DNA of 64,000 nt, taken from Octopus vulgaris (lineage: Eukaryota). The stretch spans positions 9,796,001-9,860,000 of the forward strand of contig OX597839.1 of assembly GCA_951406725.2 (NCBI GenBank), given 5' to 3'. This document shows, piece by piece, positions 12,835 to 27,059 of the stretch. Within the stretch, counting starts at the first letter, position 1. Every line of letters begins with the position of its first letter. The notes beneath the pieces were generated by a model. That model saw only the letters and a program-made list of their open reading frames with translations. It did no database searches and was not told where the DNA came from. Both the position numbers and the translations under genes were made by a program.

Positions 12835-13170
12835 TTAACCCTTTCATTACCAACCCAGCTGAAACCGGCTCTGGTTCTGAGTACAGATGTCTTGTTTTCA
12901 TCATCATCATCGTTTAACGTCCGTTTTCTGCGCTAGCATGGGTTGGACGGTTCGACCGGGGTCTGGAAAGCCAGGGGCTGCTCCAGGCTCCAGTCTGATC
13001 TGGCAGAGATAAGTTTTAAATTAAAACTTTCCACCAAACCTTAGTCACAGTTTATATTCCTAATACTAGCTTAATGATAAACAAGTTATTTTACTAAATT
13101 CTTTGTATAGTTAAAGTAATTGAAAGAAACACAGAGCATCTCAAAATAAATACAGTAACAAAAGGGTTAA
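12835..13170 (-). mobile_element. piggyBac-type MITE family 1 with nested SINE fragment (12900-13008)
   Basis: TTAACCCTTT...AAAGGGTTAA ends; body is the reverse complement of 650-877. Confidence 0.85.
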
Positions 13171-15309
13171 TCCAGCAGAGATATATAAAAGATAATTAAG
13201 CGGTAATTATCAGTTTTAATTTATTTATACAGCAAACAGGGTATATGAGAGGATACTATAGAATGTTTCCTTCTTACTTTTTTTTTTTTTTTCCTCAACT
13301 TCAGTGTATGAGTTGAGCGACATTTGGTGGAATTTGAACTCATAATAGAAGGAGCCAGAATAAATACTGCAAGGTATTTTTAGGATATTCTAATGATCGT
13401 GTCAGTTCACTTAGCTCAAGGTCATAAATCTGGGCACCACAGAACTCAAGTGGTACTTTATTTTATTGGCTCTGGAAGGATGAAAGGGACAGTTGGGTTC
13501 AACAACATTTGAATTCAGAAAGTAAACAGCCAGAACAAATACAACAAAGCACTTTGTCTGATGTTCAAACAAATTGCCAACTCATTGTTCTCATAATAAT
13601 AATTTTTAATGTATACAAAGACAAGATATTGTTCTTGGTGAAAATAGGAAAAGTCAGTGAAATTATCCCTAGTACATGATAAATACTTTATTTTATCAAT
13701 ACCCAAGAAGAACAAAAAGTTAAATTGATCAAGATAATATTTGGAGTCAGAATATAACAAGATAATTAGATACTGTAAAATATTTTGTCCAGGGCTACTG
13801 CACCTACTCTGTACAATATATTGGACACACAAGTAAAAGAGATAAAATTAGGTAAACAATAGTTTTCTATATTTTTTTTTATTCATATTTAAAATAGAAT
13901 CTTTTAAAAACTTTCCAAGGAACATGCAGCAGTAATTTCTTATGATCCACATTTCCTATGTAATGAGTCAATCTGCTAGAAATAACAACTAAATCTCCAA
14001 GTCACATCCTCATGTCTTAGAAAAAAGAGGACACATTAGATATTCTGGTCCTAAATACACTATATCTAAAAAAAATACGTTATGGTCACAACTGGAACAC
14101 CTCAATCCTAGATTAGCAAGATCAGAGCTGATTAAGGTTAAAAAATAATAATGAATAAATTAGATAATGTAGTCCTATGTACACTGTGTCTGAATAAAAG
14201 ACAGGATGGTCACTTCTGGAACATCATTGATCATAGTTCTATTAGATTAGAGTGGACTTAGAGCTAAACCATTACAAAAAAGAACATCACATCAAATAGT
14301 GTAGCCATAGATATATAAAAGATGGGATGGTCACAACCGGAAAACCTTTGATCACTGACCTGCTGGAACAGGAGTAACAAGGAGCAACCACAACATAACG
14401 TATAATCTATAATCGCTAAATTACATTCAGGAAATAAAATGATCAACACTAGTTTTTATCTTCCAAGGTTTTCATCCCTATAGTCTCAACTCTATTAATA
14501 TCACTACTACTACTACTCACACACTAAAAGTAATTTATTTCCCACATTGCTCCCACCACTGCTTTTACCCACCCCCACCACACACAGCCTGAGCCTAATC
14601 ATTCTTATCAGCGACTATCAACCATCTCCCAACACCAGACATTCTAGTAACACACCCTTTGATTTACCATTTCATTATCTGAAGAACCAATCTATGAAAA
14701 ATAAATAAGTAAAAAATAGTTACAGAGGCCAGAGCCTTTTAAATACATATACACACACACATATATATATATATATACATACATGATGATTTTCACTTCT
14801 TTACAGAAGAAGGTCATCTCTTTAATTAGCAAATGCCATCATGAGATCTCATGTGACTAGCAACTCTAGCTTTGGACAAACAGACTCTGTTGCAGATATT
14901 ACAAATACTTATTTATTCACATTGTATTTTAATTAATCATGCATTATCTTGTAGCTTCCGGGAGTGTGGGCACGAGAGGCCGGATCTGACAAGTTTGAAC
15001 ATAAAACAAGTAAAACGCACATTTTAGGCCAGATATGGCCAGTTTAAATGTGACAGAGTTAAGGTTGCTTTTCATGGCATCCCTAAAATGTTTCTTAAGT
15101 TTATGTCTTGAACATTTACCATGTGGCAACTCTCCATTTAAAATTTATCATCCAGCATTGTAGTAAGGTGTCCAGCCCAGTACATCTGACATCATATGGA
15201 AAGAATTTCAATGTGTTGGCCCACTCAAGAACAATGGTGTCTGGTGTTAGAGACTGCGTATATACATACAACACACTCATTCATCCTCATTTATATAGAA
15301 ATACTATCA

Positions 15310-15542
15310 AAGGTGGCGAGCTGGCAGAATCGTTAGCACGCCGGGCGAAATGCAAAGCCGTATTCCGTCTGCTGTTACATTCTGAGTTCAAATTCCGCCG
15401 TGGTCGACTTTACCTTTCATCCTTTCGGGGGTCGATAAATTAAGTACCAGTTTCGCACTGGGGTCGATGTAATCAACTTAATCCCTTTGTCTGTCCTTGT
15501 TTGTCCCCTCTATGTTTAGTCCCTTGTGGGTAGTAAAGAAAT
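15310..15542 (+). mobile_element. SINE family B (Nin-domain-like) with long TSD
   Basis: ggcgagctggcagaatcgttagc...cctttcatcctttcggggtcgataaattaagtaccag, flanked by the direct repeat atatagaaatactatcaaa. Confidence 0.85.
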
Positions 15543-15756
15543 ATATAGAAATACTATCAAATGAATACACAAACACACCAATCGCTGTGATACCAGATTC
15601 AAATCTATTGCGCAGTACCTTAGGCTAGTGCCTTCTACTAGAGCCTCAGGCCAAAGAAAGCCTTATGATTGAAGCTGAGTAACTGGGAACTGTACAAAAG
15701 ATTGCAGGATTGGTTGTAGCTGTTCTGGAATAATCTGTCATTTGATGTAAAATTAC

Positions 15757-15990
15757 CCATTTCTTTACTACCCACAAGGGGCTAAACATAGAGAGGACAA
15801 ACAAGGACAGACAAATGGATTAAGTCGATTCCATCGACCCCAGTGCATAACTGGTACTTAATTTATCGACCCTGAAAGGATGAAAGGCAAAGTCGACCTC
15901 GGCGGAATTTGAACTCAGAACGTAGCAGCAGACGAAATACTGCTAAGCATTTATCCTGGCGTGCTAGCGTTTCGGCCAGCTCGCCTACCA
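15757..15990 (-). mobile_element. SINE family B
   Basis: Reverse complement of 15310-15542. Confidence 0.85.
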
Positions 15991-16266
15991 TCTGGCTCTT
16001 GGGCCCCTGACTGACATCAGAGTAGAGCCCCCTATCATATCAGAGCTCCAGGTCTAGGGTTAACTCAATGAATAGTTGTACTGCTTCTTCCTACAAAGTA
16101 ACTTCGAGTAACTATAGGAGTTGTGATTTTTTCTTTTTTTCTTCTTCACTCCAACTGCCTCAAAGGCCATGTAGAGAGGAATCATGAGCAATGGATTGGT
16201 TTGTCTCAGTCAGCTTCTCTTTCTGTGCATGTGTGTATGTTTATTTTATATATATATATATATATA

Positions 16267-16358
16267 TTGGGCAAGTGTCTTCTGCTATAGCCCCGGGCCG
16301 ACCAATGCCTTGTGAGTGGATTTGGTAGACGGAAACTGAAAGAAGCCTGTCGTATATA

Positions 16359-16411
<53 letters not shown>

Positions 16412-16620
16412 TTGTGTGTCTGTGTTTGTCCCCCTAGCATGGCTTGACAACCGATGCTGGTGTGTTTACGTCCCCATCACTTAGCGGTTCGGCAAAAGAG
16501 ACCGATAGAATAAGTACTGGGCTTACAAAGAATAAGTCCCGGGGTCGATTTGATCGACTAAAGGTGGTGCTCCAGCATGGCCGCAGTCAAATGACTGAAA
16601 CAAGTAAAAGAGTAAAAGAG

Positions 16621-16621
<1 letters not shown>
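16267..16621 (+). mobile_element. SINE family A, 5'-truncated
   Basis: Matches the family consensus. Confidence 0.85.
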
Positions 16622-16664
<43 letters not shown>

Positions 16665-17307
16665 TCATCATTGTTTAATGTCCGCCTTCCGTGCTGGATG
16701 TTAAACAATGACGATATGTAGATATATATAAAAATTAAACATACATACACACGTGTGTGTGTGTGTGCACGCAGGCATTGCAGTTTGTAAGAAGCTTGCT
16801 TCCAAACCACATAGTTCTGGGTTCAGTCTCTCTGTGTAGCACCCTGGGCAAATGTCTTCTATCATAGTATCAGGCTATCCAAAGCCTTGTGAATGGATAT
16901 GGTAGATGGAAACTGAAAGAAGCCTGTTGTATATACGGTACTACACTCTCGGAGTGGTTGGCGTTAGGAAGGGCATCCAGCAGCAGAAACTCTGCCAGAT
17001 CAAGACTGGAGCCTGGTGCAGCTATCTGGTTCACAAGCCCTCAGTCAAATCGTCCAACCCATGCTAGCATGGAAAGCAGACGTTAAACAATGATGATGAT
17101 GATAATGATCCATGTGTGCCTTTGTGTCCATGTTTGTCGACTGGTGTTAGTGTGTTTACATACCTGTAACTTAGCAGTTTGCCAAAACTGACTGATAGAA
17201 TAAGTACTAGGCTTTAAAAAAATAAGTACAGGGGTTGATTCATTCAACTAAAAGTTCTTGGTACCCCAGTATGGTTGCAGTCTAATGACTAAAACAAGTA
17301 AAAGAAG

Positions 17308-18205
17308 ATGGCTGGTGATTTCAATGGACATGCTGGACAACACCTGAGTGTCTTCCATGGGGTACATGGAAGTCACGGAATTTGTTCCTAAAATGAGGAG
17401 GGAACAAGGCTGCTGGAGGTCTGTGATGTGAATGACCTAATGATCTGCAACACTAACATCAGTAAACTAGGCAGTGACCTGATAAAAATCCGGTGACCAT
17501 GCTAGTCAGATTTACTACATTCTCACCAGAAAGCAAGATTCAGGGTTGCTCATAAATGCAAAGTCCTTTCCTGGTGAAGAATGTACTCCTCAGCATAGGT
17601 TACTCGCTAGTGACTTCAAACTACAGGCATGAAGGATTTCAAGAAGCGGCACGTAAAAAGCACCCACTACACTCACGGAGTGGTTGGCATTAGGAAGGGC
17701 ATCCAGCTGTAGAAACACTGCCAGATCAGACTGGGCATGGTACAGCCTTCTGGCTTCCCAGACCCCAGTTGAACTGTCCAACCCATGCTAGCATGGAAAG
17801 CGGACGTTAAACAATGATGATGATGATGATGAATCTGGAATCTTAAGGATCCTTTCCATAGTCAGAGATTTAGAAGGGTCCTACTGAAGCATTTAATGAA
17901 GAGGAGGAACTACAGACATGTAACATAGAGGATAACTGGAAGTTCCTACGTGTCAACTTACTGTGAGCCACAGACCAAATTTGTTGTAGGTGCAAAGTCC
18001 CAACTAGACCTAGGGTGGGATGGTGATGGAACAGTGTAGTTGACAGGGTCATTAGAGCAAAGAAACAAGACTGAAAGGGTTGTAGAAGCAAGGAGCAGTA
18101 TCAGGCATCTAGAAAGGAAGCTAAGGGTGAAGCAGAAAGGGATAAGTTTGCCAATGTTCTGTAGCATGAGGACCAGCAGCTTGAAATGTCTTGATTTGCA
18201 AGACA
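17308..18205 (+). mobile_element. RTE-clade LINE relic, apurinic endonuclease region, split by a SINE (17647-17830)
   Basis: AGDFNGHAG...NEEGTRLLEVCDVNDLMICNT...SQIYYILTRK...PGEECTPQHRLLASDF. Confidence 0.82.
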
Positions 18206-18370
18206 GGGCACTCTGATATCTTCACTAAGGACCAAGTCAGCTGGGTAAAGGGTGGCTATAAGGGGAAACCAAGTGAGCAGATATGGAGACAATGATGTAA
18301 ATAAACAGATAAAATTCCTCAGGTCTGATATATAGAATATGTATACATGGTAGAGTACCTTGCCCTACAT

Positions 18371-18765
18371 AGGCATAGGAGTGGCTGTGTGGTAAGTAGC
18401 TTGCGTACCAACCACATGGTTCCGGTTTCAGTCCCACAGTGTGGCACCTTGGGTAAGTGTCTTCTACTATAGCATCGGGCCGACCAAAGCCTTGTGAGTG
18501 GATTTGGTAGACGGAAACTGAAAGAAGCCTGTTGTATATATGTATGTATATATATTTATATACATGTTTGTGTGTATGTTTGTCCCCCACAACATCGCTT
18601 GACAACCGATGCTGGTGTGTTTACGTCCCTTTAACTTAGCAGTTCAGCAAAAGCGACTGATAGAATAAGTACTAGGCTTACAAAGAATAAGTCCTGGAGT
18701 CGATTTGCTCGACTAAAGGCGGTGCTCCAGCATGGCCACAGTCAAATTACTGAAATGAGTAAAAG
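18371..18765 (+). mobile_element. SINE family A
   Basis: Matches the family consensus. Confidence 0.85.
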
Positions 18766-19074
18766 ACAAGTGAAGGAACAACAAACACGGTGTGTTAGTT
18801 TGAAGTTCAGGAAAAACGGAAGAAGTCTTTGATGTTTCACGTCTATGCTCTCCTACAGAAAGGGACGAGGAGAGAAAACAAATATAAAGAGGCAAAAAAT
18901 GTGTCTGGATTAATAGTTGTGCATATTGAATTCACCAGAAGGAAGGAAGTGGTTGGAGGTGTTAGTGGCAAATGAGACACAACAGTGACCTGGCTGAAGT
19001 TTTGCATGTGCTATCATGTATGTACGACTGTTGGGGGCAAGTGTGTCTGTGTGTGGATAAGCATATGTGTGAGT

Positions 19075-19875
19075 ATGAGAGTCCACCCAAAAAATAAATA
19101 CACACTTCAAGGAAAGGAAAACACGTAGAAATATTTTAATTCTAAATTTATTCAGTTACCTTTAAATTTTACGATCTTTTTTTGGCTGTTATCAAGTGTA
19201 TGACATTAAAAAAAATTTCTTTTTTAAATTTTAATGAAAAATTTCAAAACATTTTTTGTTTTAAAAAGACCTTAATTTTTACTGTTGGTAAGGTGTGATA
19301 CTGAAAAAGTTAGGTTACACCTGGTGAATTGAGTTTTATGTGTTACTTTAACACATGGTAGGTAAGGATGAAGAGTTTGTGAGGACAATTGTGTGATCTG
19401 ATGAAGTACAATTTAAGCTAAATAGAACAGTGAACCAACATAATTGTATTTACTGGGTACCAGAAAATCCTTGCTTGCATGTGGACAAAGCTGTCAATTT
19501 ACCAGGGGTCAATGTCTAGTGCTGAGTATCATCAAGAGGTGTGACAGGACAATTTTCCTTTGAATATACAAGCTCAATTTACCTCCCATACATGCACTTT
19601 ATGGAAATAATGAATTTTTCTTTCAACAAGAACAGCACACTGCCACACTACTGCCAAGACATGCAAGCTTATTTGGATAAGAATTTACAAGGACGCTGGA
19701 CAGGATGAAATGGTGCGGTTATGTTTCCCACATGTTCTCATTTAACATCTGCACACTTTTACTTATGGGGCACCCTAAAGGATATCAGGTATCACAGAAA
19801 ACCAGCTTCACTGATGGCTCTTTGGGGAGAAATTGAAATGGCATGTGCAGCAATCCCACAGGACACTTTGGCCAA
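19075..19875 (+). mobile_element. Tc1/mariner relic, rosa (DD41D)-like
   Basis: [69 protein letters not shown] correspond to recalled SDEAHFxLNGxVNxHN and PPRSPDLTPxDFxLWG motifs. Catalytic spacing cannot be counted because of frameshifts. Confidence 0.72.
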
Positions 19876-20572
19876 TATTTGCCTGCTCTACATTGATAAT
19901 GGGCAAATATCCTGAACCTAGTCTGTAGATGTCAGACCAGAAAGGGGAATTAGCTGACCTTCCCTATTCAAAGGTTATAATGGACACAGGCTCATGTGTC
20001 ACATAGCTAGCTAGAGGAGATGGCCTCTTGGAGCTAATCAACGGCAGCATTCGTCCTATTTATCTGGACTGCCATGTTAGCTTGGCAATAACTATTAATA
20101 CAATATTTTTTTTCATCTATGGAAGAGCTCCATCCAAAATATCAGAATTCACCTCTCACACAACACAGGAACTTGATCAAATTTGTGTCCTTTATTAACT
20201 TACTTTTACAAAAGCAGACTATCCCTCAACAATTTAAAGTTTAATGCAAAGCAGGGTTTAGATTACACTAAGCATATATCACATGTCAAATTTCTTATAT
20301 ATGTCATGTGTGTGTGAATTTTATATAAGGTGTGTCCATTGTATGAGATACTTGTATATAAGGTATACATTACATACAAGATATGTCATACATGTAACTT
20401 ATGTCCGGTATCCTTTAATGTAAGATATATCCTTTATATAAGGTATGTCCCATATGCAAGCTATGTCCTTTATACAAAGATGATTTAAAATGTGTTTAAA
20501 GAAGTATCTGTTATAAAAATATTCTTTATATAAAGACATAGTTTGTACAAAAGTGTGTCATGATGTATTTTG

Positions 20573-21775
20573 TATTGGGTTGGTAACTAAGTTCCCACCG
20601 TTTTTTTTAAATTTAGGAATTTATTACGTTTTTAAATTTTGGAATCTATTTTGTTTTTTTTCTAGCTAATTTTTGTTTATTTTAAGATCATTAAAACGGA
20701 ATGTCAAGTTAAGAAAAATGAGCATTTTTGACACCTCTTTCTTTTTGCTTTTAATTAAATGCTCATGACATTTGTGCTGTGTATGGAGAGGGTGCCATAG
20801 CTGAAAGAACCGCTCGTGATTGGTATGCCAAGTTCAAAAATGGAAATTTTGACCTCAAAGACGCACCTCGTTCTGGCCATCCAGTTGAGTTCAATGAAGA
20901 GCGATTAAACCAACTTTTGCATGAAAATTCTTGTCAAATGACAAGGGAACGGGCAGAGAAAATAGAATGCTCCCACACTGCTATAGAAAAGCATCTTCAC
21001 TCGATGGGAAAGGTTCAGAAGGATAGAGCATGGGTTCCGCTTGCTTTAAGTGACAACAACAGAAATCAACAAGCCACAATCTCCGCTGGTTTGCTTGCTC
21101 GTCACCACAAAACTCATGACCACAAGCAACGATTTCTTTACTGAATCATTACTGTTGACGAAAACTGGTGCCTGTACATCAATATGAAGCAGCGTAAGGA
21201 ATGGCCTAGCCCAGAAAACAAGTGACATCGCGCGTGAAACAAGATCTTCATCCATGTAAAACGATGTTGTGTGTATGGCGGGACTGGGAAGGGATTATCC
21301 ATTACGAATTGCTTGAACAGAACTAAACGGTCAATACGGAACTCTATGGAACGACTCAACACGGCTATTCAAGAGAAAAGACCTAATCGGCAGCATGGAG
21401 TTCTTCTGCTGCACAACAACGTCCGCCCTCATATCGCCAATATGACCAAGGAAGCCATTAAAACGCATGGCTGGGTAGTGCTGCCACACCTGCCGTACTC
21501 TCCTGATTTGACGCCAACGGATTTCCACCTCTTTCGCTCTCTTTCAAATGCTGTGCGTGGAGTTTCGTTCAATATTGATGCAGAATTGAGAGCTTGGTTG
21601 GATCAATTTTTCAAGTCGAAATCGGGTGATTTCTACCAATAAGGTAGTGAAAATCTTGTTGAATGTTGGGAAGAAGTTGTAAACAACAAGGGTGAAAACA
21701 TTATTGATTAAATAGTTATTTTTTATTAAACCTTTAGAAAAATTTAGATTTAAAAAAACAGCAGGAACTTAGTAT
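20573..21775 (+). mobile_element. Near full-length defective mariner (DD34D)
   Basis: TA then left TIR ttgggttggtaactaagttcccaccg; partial right TIR aaaaaaacagcaggaacttagt. Transposase motifs WVPLAL, TVDENW, LHNNVRPH and YSPDLTPTDFHLF, with 34 residues between the 2nd and 3rd catalytic positions. Has stops, frameshifts and D->N. Confidence 0.93.
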
Positions 21776-22951
21776 TAAATAATGTTCTGTATGTAAACAA
21801 ACTAAATTTATTAGTATTTAAGTCCATGTTAATATAATTAATGCATAATTAATACCGCTAACCATTTCGCCTGGTGTGCTAACATTTCTGCCAGCATACA
21901 CATGTCAGTTTCTGCCAACCAACATCACACACACATACATATAAACTCAAAACAGACCAGGCACACATTACAAAAGGTTTGTATACTTCAGCAGATAAAC
22001 ACACACACACACACTTTACAGGTAAGATAAGTTTCTCTGAATAAATGATACATTCTGACAAACATATATATATACACAAACATACAAATACACATAAACA
22101 AAAACACACCACAGGAAAAGAGGTGACAGCTCTTCTAAATTCCAGAGTGTTTCATTTCATATGTGATGATGTAGAAATAGCGGTGAGTTCATGAAGCATG
22201 AGAAAACAAATGAGTCCATGAAGTGTGAAACACCACCAGTAATAGTAAAGCATGATAACTAAGTACTTTTACCCAAATCTTCAGCAATTCCAGCCATCAT
22301 CTCTGACAAAGATAAAGCTAAGTGCATGACATCTAAAGTGGTCAGAACTAGAATTGTGCTTGTGTGTATGTAGGTATATATATATATATATCATCATCAT
22401 CGTTTAACATCCGCTTTCCATGCTAGCATGGATTGGATGATTTGACTGAGGACTGGCGAACCAGATGGCTGCACCAGGCTCCAATCTTGATCAGCCAGAG
22501 TTTCTACAGCTGGATGCCCTTCCTAAAGCCAACCACTCTGAGAGTGTATAGTGTGTGTGTGTTGTGTGTGTGTTGTGAACGTTAGCCACCTGCACACCGG
22601 CACAAGTGCCAGTAAGACGACGCTGGTAACGGTCACACTCGAATGGTGCTTTTTACGTGCCATTGACGCGAACGCCAGTTAGCTGCTCTGGCAAAAATCA
22701 TGCCCGGATGGTGCTCTTAGTGCTCCACTAGCACAGGTGCCAGTCATCGAATTTGGTTTCGATTTCAATTTCACTTGCCTCAACAGGTCTTCGCAGACCC
22801 ACATCTCTTCCCTCTTGTAAGGCCACGTAAGTGCAACCTATTTCCCTGGTCAGCAGTTCACTCTGATTCCTAACAACAATAATCTGACACTGTGGTTGTG
22901 AGGCTGTGTTTTCCACTCTTCCTCCTCCACCTCCTTCCACTCTCCCTCTAT

Positions 22952-23188
22952 GCCTATTTCTTCACTACCCACAAGGGGCTAAACACAGAGAGGACAAACG
23001 AGGACAGACAAATGGATTAAGTCGATTATATCGATCCCAGTGCGTAACTGGTACTTAATTTATCGACCCCCGAAAGGATGAAAGGCAAAGTCGACCTCAG
23101 CGGAATTTGAACTCAGAATGTAACAGCAGACGAAATACAGCTACGCATTTCGCCCAGCGTGCTAACCTTTCTGCCAGCTCGCCGCCTT
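22952..23188 (-). mobile_element. SINE family B
   Basis: Family consensus. Confidence 0.85.
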
Positions 23189-23697
23189 TCATGCCATTGT
23201 GTGTGTAGTATTTATGTTATTTGAGGGAGATTTGTTAACTATTTTTAACAAGTCAAGCAACCACATTGAGTGATAAGAAAGTATCTAGCAGCGTGGAGAT
23301 CCATGTAGTCACTCTTCTTGCTAGAAATAGCAATTACATATAGTTCAATGAATACTAACATACCTAATGCAGTGAGCAAAACAAATTTTCAATTGATTAA
23401 AATTGCTCTTGCAATGGGGGGAGGAAACCAATTTTAATGATTAATGCCAATAAAATTTAATCAAGACAAAGGGCAACAACTCAGAAATTTTAATTAATTG
23501 AAATTTGAATTTCAATGCAATGAGGAAATAAAGATGTCATTATCTCCAAGATTGATATTAATTTAATATCTTTGGCATGTGTAGTGGAAACTCCAAATAA
23601 TTTAATCTACTATTATCCCTGACTATAAAAGTATCTGTGACTTTGCCAGAATGGGAGTTACTATATGATTTTCACATGAACCTCTCTCTTTCTTACT

Positions 23698-23728
<31 letters not shown>

Positions 23729-23902
23729 CAAAATACAAATACACACATCACATTTCAATTGTCTAATAAACTGCAACAAACTCCTTGTTACCACTGGCAA
23801 CCAATAATGCCAAGCTCTGACATATTCGCACACAAGACAATGTGTTAATCTGAACTGCTAGAATTAACTAACCCCCCCCCCCCCGCTTAAATCAAACTAC
23901 CA

Positions 23903-23992
23903 TCTTTTGCCGAACCGCTAGATTATGGGGGACGTAAACACACTGGCATCAGTTGTCAAGCGATGTTGCGGGGGACACAGACACACAAACAT

Positions 23993-24057
<65 letters not shown>

Positions 24058-24230
24058 CACATATATATGACAGGCTTCTTTCAGTTTCCGTCTACCAAAT
24101 CCACTCACAAGGCTTTGGTCGGCCCGAGGCTATAGTAGAAGACACTTGCCCAAGGTGCCATGCAGTGGGACTGAACTCAGAACCATGTGGTTCGTTAGCA
24201 AGCTACTTACCACACAGCCGCTCCTTAGCC
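23903..24230 (-). mobile_element. SINE family A (partial plus-strand copy nearby at 24682-24900)
   Basis: Reverse complement of the consensus. Confidence 0.85.
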
Positions 24231-24232
24231 TA

Positions 24233-24582
24233 TATATACCTCTAAAAAGAAGGAGATTTAGAATGAAGTAATTTTTTTTGTGTGAAGCAAAGTCTGGATG
24301 TGTGTATTGAGTAATTATTTATGTTGGTAAAGGAACACAGTTTGATTCAAAATACAGTGAATATCCCATGAGTTCTCATGTTGTGTTGTCTCCACTGAAG
24401 CCTTTACTTAGTAAACATTATTGTGTTACTGTGGATAACTTTTACACTAGTCCACAATTAGCAGATACTCTGGTTAGTCACTACATTGGTTTTTATGGAA
24501 CTCTCCATTTGAATAAAAAGGAAGTGCCTGAACAGCTGAAAAGGGCAAAACTGAAAAAAGGGGAAATTGCAGCATTTCAGTT
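24233..24582 (+). pseudogene. piggyBac (PGBD4-like) transposase fragment
   Basis: YIPLKRRRFRMK*FFLCEAKSG...IIYVGK...VTVDNFYTSPQLAD...GTLHLNKK contains the piggyBac DN(F/W)YTS and GT(L/V)RxNR motifs. Confidence 0.85.
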
Positions 24583-25049
24583 TTTGGTTATGGAAATTGA
24601 AAAAAAAAAAAATATATATATAAAAGATTTTTGAGAAGACATGTAAAAAAAAAATTAAAATATTTAATTTCCTTAAAGTGAAGCTGTGTGGTAAGTAGCT
24701 TGCTTACGAACCACATGGTTCCAGGTTCAGTCCCACCGCGTGACACCTTGGGAAAGTGTCTCCTACTATAGCCTCGGGCCGACCAAAGCCTTGTGAGTGG
24801 ATTTGGTAGACGGAAACTGAAAGAAGCTCGTCATAAATATGTGTGTGTATATATATATATATATGTATATATGTTTGTGTGTCTATGTGCCCCCTCCCCC
24901 AAGAAATTTTTGATGATAAAGTTGGAAAAAAAAAAAGCAATGAATAAAAAAATATTTTTAAAATATGGGTAGAGTTATCTCGGTTTTGCCAAAAACGGTA
25001 TCTTCAAAATAAAATTTCAAGTAAAATATTGGACATTTGAGTCTGTTTG

Positions 25050-26830
25050 AGCAGTGAAGCTTCTAGTTTTTACAAAGTCACTTGTGCCACTGTGCGACTT
25101 CTTTATATGATGATCTTCTGATGCTGTAGAACACAAAATGTGTACCGTCGTGGAGAGGAAGAGAAAATTCCCTTTCTCTTAAGCTTTCATTTCACTTTTT
25201 AAATTCTCTGAATCTTGAAGCAAGATACAAAAACTAATTGAATTCTGAATTACAATATTTCATGTTTGTCAAAAAGATAACAAAGAAATCCTTTTCTTTC
25301 AGGTTTTTTGAGTGGGACAGTACCTTGTAGGATACTATACAGTTGCAGAGAGGAAAATGTTTCCACTTTGATAACTTGTTAAACATTTATACTGTGGGTG
25401 TATCAACAATATACTTTAATTTCCAAATTTGTTTCAACTGTGCAACAGACGAGCATCAATTAAAATGAAAATATTATAAATAATTTCGTTTTGGGATTTG
25501 GTTTGCAAGATTCCTTATGGGAGTTCGTGTGTTGAACCATATTCTGAGAGTGAAGACTATTGAACTCTTTTGTATTTATCACAGCCTCTTTATTTTGCAA
25601 AATAGATTGCCAAACTGCACCACCAACACCATCCACAGGTCCCTTTCCATGTACAGTTTCAAAAAATGATCATGAAGCTTCTGCACCAAAGTCATGTGCA
25701 TGATAAAGCAAGTTTGCCAAGGTGTACTTGTTTTTGAAATGAGAGTCAGCACCATCACTCCAGTAGTGTATTTTGGAGACCTGGGCTAATTGCTTAACGT
25801 CACTGACAATGGCTGTTGAAAGCAAAGACACTGCACCTTTCATGCTTCATTCCTTCAGAAACAACTACATATGATGCATGCTAAAGTTCACCTTCTTCAC
25901 CCTTGAAGTAAGCCACGGCAGTGAAGAGAGTGACCATGTCACTAGACCAGTGAGCTGCCATCACTTCTTTCTGGTACTTCAGTTGAAAATTTTCTGAAAA
26001 ATCTTCTTGAATGATCACTTCACCAGTTTTCAGGTTTTCATTCAAACTGCTGCTTAATGTTGTAAATGTGTGTATTGAATGGCTGTAGTTGCTCCACAAG
26101 ATCTTTTGCCTTAGCAATTGTGCATTCCTGCAACAGCTTTCTCACTCACTTATCCTAATAAGACTCCAAGGAATCTTCATTAGCATCAGCAAACACTTCA
26201 TCTACTGGCTCAGTAACTCCACATTTTGGATATTCTCTGTCTACACAACATATCTGCTCAAGGCTGCAGACTTCACATTTTTTCTGCAACAGACTTCCTC
26301 TCTGCAACAAAGAAATACTGATGTACCTTGGACAGAATAAAAACATATCTGGCCATTTTGAAAACATTATTGAGTAGCTCTGGCCAAAAAACAGAGGTTC
26401 CGAAATGCAAGTTCTGAATTGGCCATTTGTGTGAGAACTAACAAGTCTTAAAGACCTTAACTCTTTCATTACTGTATTTATTTCAAGATGTTCTGTGTTT
26501 CTTTCAATTATTTCAAGTATAACAAAGTATTTAGTAAAATAACTTAGTTATAATTAAGCTAGTGTTAGGAACATAAATTGTGACTAAAGGTTTGGTGGAA
26601 GATTTTAATTCAGAACTTTTAAAAACAAGACATTTGTATTACAAAGGCAGAGCCGGTTTCAGCCGGGTTGGTAACAAAAAGGTTAAAATGTTGCAGAGGG
26701 GAAAATCATTTCTTGGACAAGTAATACTGCTGTTTCTCTGAAGCAGATTTAGGTTTTCAGCATTACTGAATATTTGTTCCCTTGAGGAGTCCATGTCTCA
26801 GTACTTTTAACCAGTTGAAGTTGTTTCTAT
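25050..26830 (-). mobile_element. Decayed DDD transposase relic, Sola2-like
   Basis: EDFSENFQLKYQKEVMAAHW, HYWSDGADSHFKNKY and FFETVHGKGPVDGVGG motifs. Interrupted by a MITE (26457-26686) and a short repeat (~25483-25560). Confidence 0.75.
26457..26686 (+). mobile_element. piggyBac-type MITE family 1 inside the Sola relic
   Basis: Same body with TTAA ends. Confidence 0.85.
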
Positions 26831-27059
26831 TTCTGTCTAGCAAGAAAGAAAAAAAAAAATTTCCCCTCCGCAATGGCCAAAATTAGAAATTATGAAAATT
26901 ATGATAATTTATGTATAAGCAACAGTAGACCAACAATCATTTTCCCTGTTTTCACAGACTATGATTATTATGAAAAAAATTAATAAGAAATTTTTTTTCC
27001 AAATAAACAAACTTTATTTTTGATTTTTGTGTGAACAAAATACTGTGGAATAGCCCATT

